Source: Klebsormidium nitens (Eukaryota; Plantae; Klebsormidiophyceae). Taken from it: a stretch of DNA of 64,000 nucleotides. The notes beneath the pieces are model-generated. The model was not told the origin of the DNA and did not search any database. It saw nothing but the letters and a program-made list of their open reading frames with translations. The stretch lies in NCBI GenBank assembly GCA_000708835.1, contig DF237250.1, positions 44,448 to 108,447 on the forward strand, in the 5' to 3' direction. Shown here in pieces: positions 26,001 to 38,069 of this stretch. The position numbers were made by a program, and so were the translations under genes. Positions within the stretch are counted from its first letter, which is position 1. Every line of letters starts with the position of its first letter.

Positions 26001-27051
26001 GACGGCCGCGTCCTGATCCACGGAAGCAATCCCCGTCCTAACTACGACTTCGGTGACGCCAGCCTTGACGTCACCCAGACGTCAGTGGAGGCGTTTTCCC
26101 CGTGGTACATCGGGACCAAAGGCCGCCCGACAATTGCGGCGCTTTCTAAGGACGGCGCACTGGGTGGCACGTTCGACCTTACTGTCGCCGTCCCCAGCGA
26201 GAAAACTGTGGACCCGACCAAGATCCGGGTCGCGCTCATTAACCCAGGGTTTGCGGTGAGGGGTTGCCATTCACGTTCGTCCACATTGTTCTTTTACCAC
26301 TGTATGCCAATTTTGGCAGAGTCTATTGTTTTCCAAAATTCACACAAACATTCTGGCCGCAATATGCTACGTTTCGATGGCTGGCTAAGAGGTACACGTA
26401 GTTTTAGCGGATTTTTTTCCCGGTCGTCACGCAAAGTCTGGAGATGGCTTGCGACGTAACCGCATGTTATAACCCAATAACGTACTTACAAGTGTTTACG
26501 CATTTCGCCACGTTCCGAGCATTACTCCCCTAACGCCGCGCTTCTCTCGAGGGTCTCCCTGCTCACATTCCGGCAGTTTTCGCTTTTGCTACCGCTCACG
26601 AGATTAATCGTTGCCTTCGAACTTCTCAACCCTTTAGAGTCTTCTAAGATCCTTCCTGCCTTAAGTCCGGCCTGCCTTCTCTCACGTCTCTCTACTCCTG
26701 CCTTAATCAACCCGTTCGTCTCCTCATAGATTCCTGACTTTCAGGCCTAGCTGTTTCGAGATCTTCCGTCTCCATTGAAGAATAGCCTTGATCCTCTTCC
26801 CGTCTCGCTTGGGACATCCATAAACCCTAAAGTTTGCTAAAAGCGCAACCCTCAAATTCCTTCTCTTGCAGACCCATACGGTGAGCATGAACCAGCGGTA
26901 CGTCCGCCTCGCACTCGTGGGCGCGGACGGAAACGCTCTCACGGTCCGCCTGCCGACGAACGCCGCCGTCCTTCCCCCCGGTCCGTACCTGTGCACGGTC
27001 TTGTACCGGGGGATCCCCTCAGAGTCCAAGTGGTTCACGATGAAGAAGTAG
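20002..27051 (+). CDS. Secreted glyoxal oxidase / galactose oxidase-like copper radical oxidase (AA5), with one apparent frameshift near 25474
   Basis: Signal peptide MAVRLSAWFLVLALMTPFTEG. Exons near 20999-21089, 21735-21909 (NTWCSAG), 22693-22873 (PRWYPT..LPDGRVL), 23472-23602 (NLYPFVHLIPDG), 24120-24262 (RNYP), ~24837-24975 (VMVCGG), 25372-25551 (RLYHA), 25983-26253 (LIPDGRVLIHGSNP..PGFA), 26873-27051 (THTVSMNQR..PPGPY). The Cys, Tyr, Tyr-His and His ligand motifs are all present. Confidence 0.88.
22380..22680 (+). repeat. Intronic minisatellite of ACTAAC/CTGAC-like units
   Basis: Repeated gactaaccc, cccactaa, cctaacggacc and ctgaccc units immediately upstream of the acceptor at 22692. 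Confidence 0.75.
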
Positions 27052-28490
27052 AATCATCTAGGTCCATATTGTCTTCCAAAAGGCGATCTTTGAAAGCAGA
27101 ACTAACAGAAAGCGCGATCGTTCCATTTCATAGGCAATCGCTGAAGATAAGTTTCCACATTCTCCTAAAAGTACATGCACATTTTGGAAGACACAAAGCA
27201 TATAAGGGGCTAGTTAATTGTTTGTGGAGAAACTACAACACTAGGTTCGACATACATTCTCGAACAGTCCACGATTTCCGCACCAATAACCGGTAGGTCA
27301 GATGATAAAGTGTCTTCACCCAACTTCAAATTGGCGATATCAACGTGCAATCGTCATATCGGCCGGCCTGGTTGGATTGAGCCCCTCAGGCTCAAACGTT
27401 TCATAGATTCGAGATAGCTTGATAAATAGCATACAGATATGCTTTATTCTCACCACTCTCAACGTATTGCTGCGCGGCCGAACAGAAAACTGGGCGGCCT
27501 TGGCAGAATTGACAGAAGAGCACTGCAGGCTATGCGCCGTGCCACACCCTGACTGGGGTACAAACCTGAGAGGGTCTTTACTCTGAAGCGGACGGGTAAG
27601 TATATGAGACCGCTGCTCTTAAATCTGCAGAGCGTTGCATAGATTAAGTTTTTCCCCCTGAGGTCAACAAAAGAGAACTCGCCGCAACCTTCGAAGTCGA
27701 GAAGCTTTGAAAGGTAGAAGGGAATCCCCGTTCGATAATCTGGCCAGGAACCCCAAATCGATGGGTGCAAAAGGTGGTCTAAGAATCTTCGACCTCAAAC
27801 AAATGACGACCAAGGAAGACCCTCTGATCTATATCTCGCGCAGCATATGTTCTCCCGAGTCTCATCTGGTAAGAAGGATGTAGTACTGGCATAGGCAAAT
27901 GATCAAGGGCGTGTAATTGGCCTTACTAAAATTTCCCATCAGTTAGTTGGCACTGAAGAGCGGCATGACGCAGATGCAAGTCTTTAGCCTCCTAAGTGGC
28001 TATGTTACTCAAATGACTTAGATAATATATGTGGTTTTGAGAGGTGTAGCTAGACGGGCAGTCGACGGGCTCGGCCGTAAGCTGCGGTTCGCTATGCAAC
28101 TTTGGTAAGCGGCGCGGTATCTGCAAACGCCTCATCTGGTAGACCTGCACGCTGGGACGTGGCATGTCCTGCGCGCACCATGAAAGTAAACATGGAAGCG
28201 ACGGTTCATATATACACGAACATAACATGCATGCGATGTGAACCTACTGTGAGATCAGCCACAGGAAGCACCAGCCTGGGGTTGCTTCGTATCAGGCCAA
28301 ATGCTGATCGGATTAGAAGTGGGAAAAACAGCAAAGGCCGGCGATCATATGTTTGTCAATTACTGATGTCCACTGCCCAGATGCATGCGGTGTACTCACA
28401 CTGAAGCTTGACCGGTTGAATTCGATTACTACAGCAGCCATCGAGTCTAAGCAGTCGTCTGTTCTCCCCCATTTGCAGACCCTACGAGCT

Positions 28491-31400
28491 TTACGCCCAG
28501 TCTCGTGGTTTCCGGAGGATGTCCATCACGTCCGCTTCAGGAGAGCCGGGCGCGGGCTCGACGTTGTAACTCCATGCGATGAGCGGCGGCGCTGCAAAAA
28601 CATTCATACAACGGCATAATCAGCAACATGCCATCGAAGCGCAAGACCGCTCTTGGAACAGTGTGCGTCACAAGTCTCAAGGGTGCTCGCGCTCTCTGTC
28701 AAGATCGGCTTTCATGCAACATCGTGGTTCATGCAAGAGCGAACGTAACCCACGCAACCAGAAGATGCAGCCAATCTTTCGCTTTGCGATCTAGCACGAG
28801 TACTGGGTTTCCACAAAATGCTATCCCCAAGTTCTCCTAGCGAAAGTGGGAGGCAGGCAGAGGCAGGAGGATCACAAGTTTGCAAAAAAGAATGCTTGTT
28901 GCTTAGATTCCTAATTCCGACTCCGTGATGTATGCACCAAAGAAGAGTGCAGCCTCCAAAGCAGGGCCTGTTCTCAAACACCGGCGATTGTATCTTCGAG
29001 ACCCACCGGACTTTGGATCTCAAAGACAAAACGACGCTGCCAGTCGCACCTTTCAGCCTTGCAAGCTTTGCTCAGCAAAGACATGGAACACGTTAAGGAC
29101 TAGCAGGCCGACTGCAGACCGCTGTCAAAACTCAACCGTCACTCTGAATGGTCAAGGTCGGCAGACAATCGAAATTAAAGAATAGCAAGGAAAGGAAGGA
29201 AGGAGAGAAACGACCAATGTGGCGCTCACCCGACACCATAATTGACTCGACCCTCCCCCCTCCGTCCAGGCCAAATTTGACCCCCCGGTCGTACAGCAGA
29301 TTGAACTCCAAATACCGACCTCGCCGGAGAAGCTGCCACTGCCGCTCCTTCTCCCCCCAAAGCCGTGACCGCGCCCTTTCCGCGATCGGCAAATAACTCG
29401 GGATAAACCCTTCTGCTACGTCCCTTACAAAGTGCCAAGCCCGCTCGAAATCCGCGTTCGCAGCACGGCCTGAAACGGACACATTCTCCAGATCTTCCGC
29501 TCCGCTGGGCCCGCCCACAGTTCCGTCCGTTCCGCTTCCGTTTGGTCCACTTCCGTTCTGTCCGTCGCTCCCGGACTGTCTACCAGACGACCCTTCGGCC
29601 GATGCTTTGTCAACACGTGGCCGAACTTCGAGGCCCTCTCTGCCCGACCCATTCCCGTTCGTCGTTCCGCTTCCGTTCGGGATTTCGATTCCGCCGAGGC
29701 TGCTCAGGTCGTCGAAGAAGATTCCGCCCAGTCCGCGGTGCTCCTTCCGGGCCGGAATGTAAAAGTACTTGTCGCACAGGGCCTTGTACTGGGGGTACAG
29801 GCCGGGGCCGTGCCGCTCGCACAGGGCCTTGTAAAAGGCGTGGAAGTCGCGCGCGTCCTCCTCAAACAGGTCTGCACGGGAAAAACAAGGCCTTTGAGCT
29901 GACAGACGGTGGCTTTTTGTTGCGTATGCAAGTAGCTCGACGGATGTGGCCACATGCCGTTTCACGCTATGCCTTTTGGCTTTCTTTCGCCTCTCGAGAT
30001 GGAATTGTAGGACGGGAAGAGAAGCGACGGGAAAAACAAGTACGGAAGAGGGGCGAGCCCACGCCAACAGCCGAGGCCTGCATAAAATCTTGATTTGCTG
30101 CCGCCTTTGGTTATGTCTATCCAAATGACAAGAGAGGGGTCGGACGGGTAAGAGGGACTTAAAGAGCGGCAACAAAAGGGTGGGGATAAACGGGTGGTCA
30201 AGTTACCGCGAGGTCAGAGTTCTTATGACACAGACTGAGCTACAGCGTCAGTTTTTCAGCTCCAGAAGTCAGTATCATTAGAGAGGAGCCAGAAGGGAGA
30301 CTAGATAAGGAAGACCCTCGTGTCCTTTAGCCTGCAGTTGGAACATCGACGCAGTGCCCGTCGCACGAGTTGCAACCCGAAGTAGGAGCGAGGGGGGGAC
30401 TGGACTACAATTCTATATAAATGCAGATTGGTCGACGCCACTCTGTTGCGTAGGTCTGGCTGGAAACGAACTGAGTGCCTTGCCTCTGATTGAGATTGTT
30501 GACTTCTTTTGAGTGTGGAGCACGGGCACTCGTACTTCGCCCCTTTATGGTCTTCTCAGAAATCTTGAGTATGTTACAAAGAAAGAACACGCTGTGTCTC
30601 ATATGAGTACGCTCGGCAATTCGTATAGGAGGCGTTCGGCCCCGCAGTTGAAGCGAGAATCCTCAAATCCAGAGCTTGAAAGAGGCGGCTTTGCTTACGA
30701 AGATATTCAGCATTAGGCGGGCGAAATTCGTCAAGCATGTGATGGAACTTTTAGTACACCAGTGAGCAAAGCACAACCAGGTATTGGACTTCAGTTTCAG
30801 AAGGCTCACAGCTGGGCGTCAGATCTGCGCCACCGCCAAACCAGCCTGGCTGCCCCTCGATTTCGAAGTATCGAATGTCGGAGCGGAAGGTGGGGACCAT
30901 CGGGCTGGCGGAGTGGAACACCAGGGAGAGGGCGCCCGCAAAGTAAGGGGCTCCCGCCACTGCTCCGACTTGCCCCCTGCCAGACATAGCCTGCATTCGG
31001 AAGGTGTGAAGCAGGATACGTCAAGGAAAGAAAAGGGTAGAAAGCAATTTTCTGTCGCTTTTGAGGAGAAGAAAATTGTGCAAGGAAGGCGACGTAAGAG
31101 AGAAAGACTTTTGTTTGCCCATGGGTCAACATACCTTACTTTCGGGTGCCAACTATGTGAAAGCTGCCGTAGCTAGCTCCCGATGTGATGTCCCTTCGCT
31201 ACGGCCACTTCATCAGAAAGTTAAAGAGCAGAGGCCTACTGACAGCAACACGGCGCTTTGGGCGGATTGTCGGAGTTGGAGGAAAGGGAGGAGACACTGG
31301 CTCTGTAACAGAGGACTGGAAAGCCAGAAGTTCATTCCTGCATGATCCCAATGCTTATAGATCTGTGGCGATGTCCCAGGGCAACTGACTGCAACAATCA

Positions 31401-33118
31401 GGTCAACGGTGGGAAGAATTTAGTGGTCGCCAAACCGAAGAAGCGGTACAAGCTGACCCGCTTCACGATCTATTTGGTTGATGCCTGGAGGGCAACAAGT
31501 CTTCCTGAATGTAATCGGTTTCAGTACTTGTTACTGGACTTTTTTGTGACCCAAGCAGGACAAGATCAGAAAGATGCCCCTCAATGGCCATGTTTAGGCT
31601 AGCACTGATTGCTTGTGGTTGTTTCAATCACCCCAAGGACCTGCAGTCCAGTTCCTTTGAGTCTTCATCGGTAGCGCACCATAGTCCAGTTCTTGTGAGT
31701 CCAAACATATTCAGTAGCGCACCTTTGCTCTTGCCTCTGACAGAGTCCCTCGGACAATGGACACATTCGCGGCGGCTTTCTCCAAGAGAGCGCCCCCCTC
31801 CAGGACACGCGTGATACCATAGCTGCACAGACATGATTCTTGCAAGGGTTGAGGCAAGATACAAACAGAAGGTACATTACTATCCAGTCGATTGTCAGCA
31901 TCTATTGACAGGGGGCTATCCAAGTGAGCTGGAGTGAAATCGCCGATACACAGTTTGCTCTAGAAGTCAAATCAGCCCAGGACAAAGTACACATCACTCT
32001 TTCCCGCAGTCCTTTAGTCTTTCCACGTCCGACAAGAGAGCATGGGCAAAGGCATCTGACACTGTACAAGGTTGAAATGTTTTGTTAATCAGAGAGAACA
32101 ACAATCGTACTTTGAAGGGAAAGTACAAGACTATCCGGATAGCAAAGACTTCAAACAAAGATTGCTGTCGTCCCATTGTCCAAAGATTCTGGTCGAGCTT
32201 GTCTGTTCTCGTCATTGCCTACCAACACCACTCCGCCAACAACTTTCAACACTGCGGTGCAAAGGTCTGCTTTTCCATAGAACCACTCAAACCCCTGCAA
32301 ACGGAAATGAAAGTCTGCTCAAGAACTCACATTCATCACTTCAGCTGGGGCTCTCACCCAGCCTTAGGATCATCCCCCCTCGACCACTTGTCCTCGCAGA
32401 ATTTCGCACCGCTCCCGTCCGCTGCTTCCGCCTCATCACAAATCCGGCGCTGGAGGTCCAGCAAGAATTGCTCAAATCTCTGCTGACTAAAATCTGACAA
32501 CGGCCTGTCAAGATGGACAATGCTGTCGTTCGCCAGTGCGGCTGACAAGGTCCTTTGCTTGAGGCCAAAAGCGTGGAAGGGAGGGCCCTTTCTCTGAGAC
32601 CGTAGAAAGCCTGAGGCCGCATATGATGCTTCAAAAGCTACGAAATCACCTGAAGAACAAGTACGGGGGCCAATCTGGCCAATGTTCACTGGGGCGCCCA
32701 GCGGGTCATGTGTAGCATTGACTTTTAAAGCTCCTGTAGAAAGAAGAACTCTCCTTTGAAGCTGCCTGCAAGTAGCTGCATTCCCTTTCACTTTCAAATT
32801 GTGCAATGCAGGTACCAAGCTTGGTAGGGATTGCCGCCAGCTTCCGATGGACACTGTCCCGCTTCTTGTCGCAGAGACGTTGGATTGCTTGGGAACGCAT
32901 CTGCTTCGAACTGCGCTTGATGGCTGCGACTGCAAGCCACCAGTTTTGGCAAGAGGGACCGCTAGGAGCATACTGTCTGGTATGTAGCGTTGGAGGGCGC
33001 TTTCAAGCGCCATCGTTGATACAGGATTTTGTTCCTCAACAAGGCCACATTCCGACGTGGCTGCCATTGAAGGCGGCCCATCGAGAGACGGTACGGCCGG
33101 CGCAGCCGGGCCGATCAT
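28491..33118 (-). CDS. hemF: Oxygen-dependent coproporphyrinogen III oxidase (HemF/CPOX family) with long N-terminal extension
   Basis: Exons 33118 (or 33013)-~32358 (QQRFEQFLLDLQRRIC..FCEDKWSR), 31822-31723 (YGITRVLEGGALLEKAAANVS), 30990-30808 (SLVFHSASPMVPTFRSDIRYFE..WFGGGADLTP), 29871-29230 (CDKYFYIPARKEHRGLGGIFFDDL..RRGRYLEFNLLYDRGVKFGL), 28591-28491 (PPLIAWSY..PGSPE..LRKPRDWA*). Phases are consistent. Confidence 0.92.
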
Positions 33119-34114
33119 GCGATGATGGGCGCGGCCGCGCTGCCCCGCCCAAACTTGAAATCGAGGCAGGAAACGAAACCCCCAAACCCGGGCTTGCCGC
33201 TCACGGCGGGCGCCGGCCGGGCGGCCGGCTTACGCGGCCGGGCGAGGCTGGCCGCGGGCCTGCACTGATATGTGGCGCTCGAGCCGTGAACGCCTTTAGC
33301 TCATTGGGAGCTCATTGTATAATCTGATCGAACACCTTTTGAGAATTCAAGCAGCAATGCAGTGCAGTGCAGGAGCTTACCCGGGGGTGAAGGGAGCCCT
33401 GAGTGAGGAGGTGTTTAGTTTATAATACAATCCCCCTGGGGAGTGGGGGGAACCTGTGCTGTGCCTGAAGAGAGTATCTGTGAGGCTGGGAAGACCTTTG
33501 CGGCCCCCCCTAACAAGCGGGGAGTTTGTTGGGGGGTGCTGGAGCCAAGCAGAGAGGAACAATCTGGTGTACATACACCCCCTGGAGGCTGGAGCGAGGA
33601 AGGGGGAGTGCTGTCTCTGGAGGGGGGGTGCTGTGTTGCTGTGGGCAGACATTCTTGCGGCCACCCCACCAAGTAGGAACCCTCCCACCTGCCTGCATCA
33701 TCCTTTTGCAGAGGCATCATTGCTGGTCACTTGTGTCAGATTCATACTGCATCATCTGCTGCATCATCAAATTGATAGTGTTTAGGGTTAGTTACATGTC
33801 AACGCACATTGGTTAGTTTTCTTGGGTGGCATTTGCTAGGCACGCCATTTTATCTTGCCTTGGTTAGCATCTTTTTAGTTAGGGTTCAGGAGTAGATTCT
33901 GTCTGCATCATTCTGCATCACTTTGCACCACTTGATTCCGGTTTGCCACTGGTCATTGGTTGATCGACACACGCGGCCTCAGTTGCTTTTGCCCCAGATA
34001 AGACCCCACCCTCACGGATTGCCTGCATCATCAGATTTTGCCTGCATCATCCTGTCACTTTTTTTCCAGTAAAAACAGATTAAATTTTTGCGTTATTACC
34101 AAAGTAAAATCTAA

Positions 34115-34597
34115 AACGGGCTCTTTCCCTTTACACCGGGAGCTTGAGCCACGTTATATTCTGATCTCTCTAAAAATTTCTCAACGCTGAAATCCTGAAC
34201 GGGCTCTTTCCCTTTGCACCGGGAGCTTGAGCACCGTTATATTCTGATCTTATTGTCATATTCTCGACGCAAATCTCAAACGGACTCTTTCCCCTTACAC
34301 CGGGAGCTTGAGCCACGTTGGACAAACAAAGCAATTAACCGTCCAAATCCAACCACTTGCAAACGCTATTATATTGGGATTATATTCTGATCCCTTAGTG
34401 TAATTCTCAACACCGATACTTTCAACGGGCTTTTTCCCTTCACACCGGGAGTTTAAGCCACGTTAGCCACGCTGCAAATACCAGTTAATCTGATCATCAT
34501 TATAAACGCAGTTCACACATTTTCATCTTTCTGCGGCCGAGTTTTCAACGCTAAAATTCTGAACGGGCTCTTTCCCTTCGCTCCGGGAGCTTGAGCC
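34115..34597 (+). repeat. Five copies of a ~40-bp hairpin-forming repeat with variable linkers
   Basis: AACGGGCTCTTTCCCTTTACACCGGGAGCTTGAGCCACGTT-like copies start at 34115, 34198, 34279, 34424 and 34562. Confidence 0.9.
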
Positions 34598-35589
34598 TGA
34601 ATGTCGGTTTTCGATTGGTCGACAGCCTTTTCGGTGTGCGAAGTCGTGGCCCAACCTGCGTCATCCTCGCCCGGCCCCTTCATCATTGTGCCATCAGGGA
34701 CAACCTCGCCCCCGGTTGGAACTGCGTCACCCTGGGCTTCGCCGCTTTATGTAGCTGCACAGCACAATCGTTCCTGTAAGTCGCGCTCAATTTTCATTGG
34801 TCGAACTTCGTGAGCTCAACATTCAATAAATATCTGCGTCACCCTGTGTCGGAACTTCAATATAGTGAGCGACAGAGTAATCGTGTCTGGCAACTTGGCG
34901 TTCCCACTTTATTTAGCGAGGTTTTTAATTGGTCGGACCCCCACTGCCTGCGTCACTCTCCTCGGTACGGACTACACGATTCTGACCTGCTGCATCATTC
35001 TGCGCTGTGCACTCATCAGCGAATACTGGTTGAATATTCTATCGGAACAAGTAACGCATTCTGCGCCTCGACATTGCACGGCCCTTTTCACTTTTGTTCC
35101 TTCCTGCATCACGTTCTGCGTCACACAAACGGAGCCACTTGTCAGATTGAAAGACTGCCCGCATCACTGCCTGCGTCATACAAACGGAGCATTAAAAACG
35201 AAAGTTTGCTGTCGGCGTCATCTGCGTCATCATCAATATCGACTCTGATTAACGGCGAAAAGACTCCTTTCTATTGGTCGATTGTGATTCGCCGAGCCCC
35301 CGTTTCTCAGTAGCCGTTATTGTTAAGGCCGCCAGTCTACGTCACTCTGCATCTACAATAGCGTCATCTGTTGTACCTGCGTCATCAACAAACTAAACTC
35401 CTAAATTAACGCAGAAACAACTCGTTTTAATTGGCCTCGGATTCTGATTTGTCGGGCACCCGATTCTCGTCTATCTACGCTCGCGCTCTTTTGGTTTGCA
35501 AGCTCGTTTGGCTCATACTGACCGCACATCTCGACCGCAAATCATCAATATTCATGCATCCACGCCGCAAGTTACAACATTCGACATCA

Positions 35590-35700
35590 ATAAAGCATGC
35601 AAAGTGTGCAAGTCTTCCTCACAACATGAGGATGAATTTCATTTCCTCTTGCAATGCCCGGCTTACACTGACATTCGTCATGTCGATGCTGTCGATAATT
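35590..35700 (+). mobile_element. Remnant of the non-LTR retrotransposon (LINE) ORF2 C-terminal Cys/His knuckle
   Basis: Translates as CKVCKSSSQHEDEFHFLLQCPAYTDIR, the CxxC..EDExHFLLxCxxYxxIR pattern seen at LINE ORF2 C-termini. No RT sequence is recognisable nearby. Confidence 0.55.
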
Positions 35701-36574
35701 TTCGCAAAACATAAAAATTGAACTTCTCTCTAAATCCTATCCTGTGTGTTGGCATCGTTTTATTTCGTCCAATTCGCAACAACAAACTGCCACTCTTCTA
35801 GGAAAACAGTTCTATGATTGGCATAAATCGGTACCGTTGGTTTTTGATAAACATCTACGCCCGTTTCTCTTAGCGGCGGTACAAAAACGAAATACATGCC
35901 TTCAATCAAACTGAAACAGACACACACAATTTTGTATCTCCTGAGAAACGTGATCGTTTCATCAACGATAAACCCACTATTGTTATGGTACTGTGGTGTT
36001 ATCTTTCTCTCCCTGCAGATCAAGGCGCACCTCGGGTCTTCTCCATTGTCCTACATCGAAGCTGCCGCGAGTATACCTTTTTTCCCCCTCGGAAAAAGGC
36101 GGGCCCATTCTAAAAAGCCAAGGGACCCTCGAGGGGTTTTTAATGGTGCTCGCGAAGCTGTGTATAGATATCCGTATCTAGACATTTAGCCAAGATGTAG
36201 GACTTTGGGCAGAAGACTAGCCTAAGTGAGAACTTATCATGAAGATTCTGCATGATAGGTGTATCTCGTCAGCTTAGGTTGTGCAGCCATTTAACGCTAC
36301 GAACACATAAGTCAGGATTGCCTCTCATTCGGTAGGTAATCGAAATACTTCGTGCTCGAAAACCTTGTAAATGCCGTACCGGTAAAACGGTCGGTCGCGA
36401 AATGAGACCATGCTTTCAGATTGCAGGGCGCTACTCTGGCCGATGTGCCCTTGGTTCACAAAACTACTTCCTAGGTTCAGTGGTGTAGCCGGCGCCTCGG
36501 CCCCGCTGCCCCCCCACTACATCAGTTGGCGCGACCTTGCATTTCCACCCAACCCAGCCCCGGGCAGTGCACTT

Positions 36575-37560
36575 TCCGCATAGCCTATGCGCCGTAAGGC
36601 CATGGCAGCCGTTACCATCTTCATATCAACCGTTCCCACTCACTCTGATTGGGCTGGGTATTTTGAGCTACCAACACTAGTTTGCCAGCGGTCTCGTTAC
36701 GGTTCTAGCTGCCCGGCCATCACTGCATCAGATCTGCGTCGCCTCATGAATCAGGAAAACACCATTGCTCTTCTGAGGCATTTCCGTGTCTTGAAAATGC
36801 TGCCCTGCAATGCTGCCTTGTCTCCTGTCTTGTCTCCTGTAACTTGCTTCTGAAAGGGTTCCAGAGCTGACTTGAAAATCAAACCACAGGTCAACCACAG
36901 GTTACTAGTCAGAGGTGGCGCTGGCAAGGTCTGGCACTTTGCGGCAGATCTTGAAGCGGCCTGGACGTCCACCGAGTCCACCGAGTTCGAGTTTTCTAGA
37001 AGGAGCAAGAAGATTCTTGCTGAGTCAGCAACCTGATGACTCAGCACAGCTGGCGCCGGCAACCAATGGCGCTCTCTGGCACCCTCTGGCAGCATTCTGA
37101 GCTTGATTTAATGGGTTGCCAGGGTGTTCCTCTTCATTTCTCATGAGAAGCAAGGGCCCAAATCTGGAGGGAGCTCTGGACCAAACTCAGAAGCTGGCAT
37201 TCTGTGTCCAGCGCTCGGTGCATGCAGTCGCGTGGACATGCTCAGGTAAGGGCGACTTTCTTCTCATACTTTCTGCCAATGCCGAGGGCCTGTGCTATGT
37301 GCTTCAAAATGAATGCTTCCTAGCCTCAAAGAGAGGACACTTGGCTGATCTCCAAAGTCGGGGGCAGCCCCAGTTTGTTCTGTTGAAGGGGGCTGCCCCC
37401 TCCCAGCATCAAGGCTGCCCTTAAAGATTGGGGGCAGCCCCTGCTTTCTTTCATGGGAAGGAAGGGGCTGCCCTCTCACAGCGCCAGGGCTGCCCTTAGA
37501 AATTGAGGTGCAGCCCCTGCTCTTTCTAATTGGGGGCTGCCTTGTCGCAGTGCTTGCCTG
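36575..37560 (+). repeat. Dispersed duplication of the non-coding leader at 43720-44860 (element copy 1)
   Basis: Collinear shared blocks, e.g. gcatagcctatgc..aaggcca(t/c)ggcagccgttaccat, tagtcagaggtggcgctggc, tcagcacagctggcgccggca(a/c)ccaatggcgctc, acatgctcaggtaag. Confidence 0.9.
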
Positions 37561-38069
37561 GTTTACAACCCCGCAAACGGGCTGATTTGCAGCCTGGTCA
37601 AACTGTTTTGGTGCTACTGAACACTTTTCGGCGCATTCAGTCAGGCTGGTCCCAGTTTTGCGGAAGGCTTGGTTTTGTGGCCATTTGGGAACCGCTGTCA
37701 ATGTTGGTTTACTGACTTGCGGTGAGGTGGTGCGCATCTGTTGCGTGCGCGGTCAATCATGGGCCGTTTTGCAGGACTGGTTTTGAAGTCGCGGTCAAAG
37801 TGAACCAGGGTTTTTGAGCTTTGCTTTGGGGTCACGAACAGGGCTGTTTGGCGACCTAATCGAGCTCCATGAATGGTGCGACCAGTCAGCTTTGGGCGAT
37901 CACGTTTCACGGTCTGCCAGATCATCGTCAGCCTCTAATTTCTGGCGTCGTTGAGCACTTTCCTCCGGTCGCGAAGGGCCTGTAAAGAATCGGTTCCAAA
38001 TACCCGGTACTCTTTGGCCCTTTGCAATCTGAACGCTAAGAAATCTGCCGCTCCTGGTCTCTTGCGCAA

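Noticed and set aside
27460-27900. Coding-looking stretch downstream of the oxidase gene
   Set aside because: Interrupted by stops in the frames examined; no family recognised.
33377-33720. Overlapping short ORFs in a G-rich segment
   Set aside because: No motifs; could be part of a repeat but no second copy was seen in the window.
34115-34597. CRISPR array
   Set aside because: Eukaryotic context, no cas genes, degenerate repeats, and linkers of unequal length that share sequence. Kept only as a structured repeat array.
35760-36190. Short ORFs after the LINE-like knuckle
   Set aside because: No recognisable RT, endonuclease or transposase motifs, and no similarity to the 41.8-43.3 kb orphan gene.
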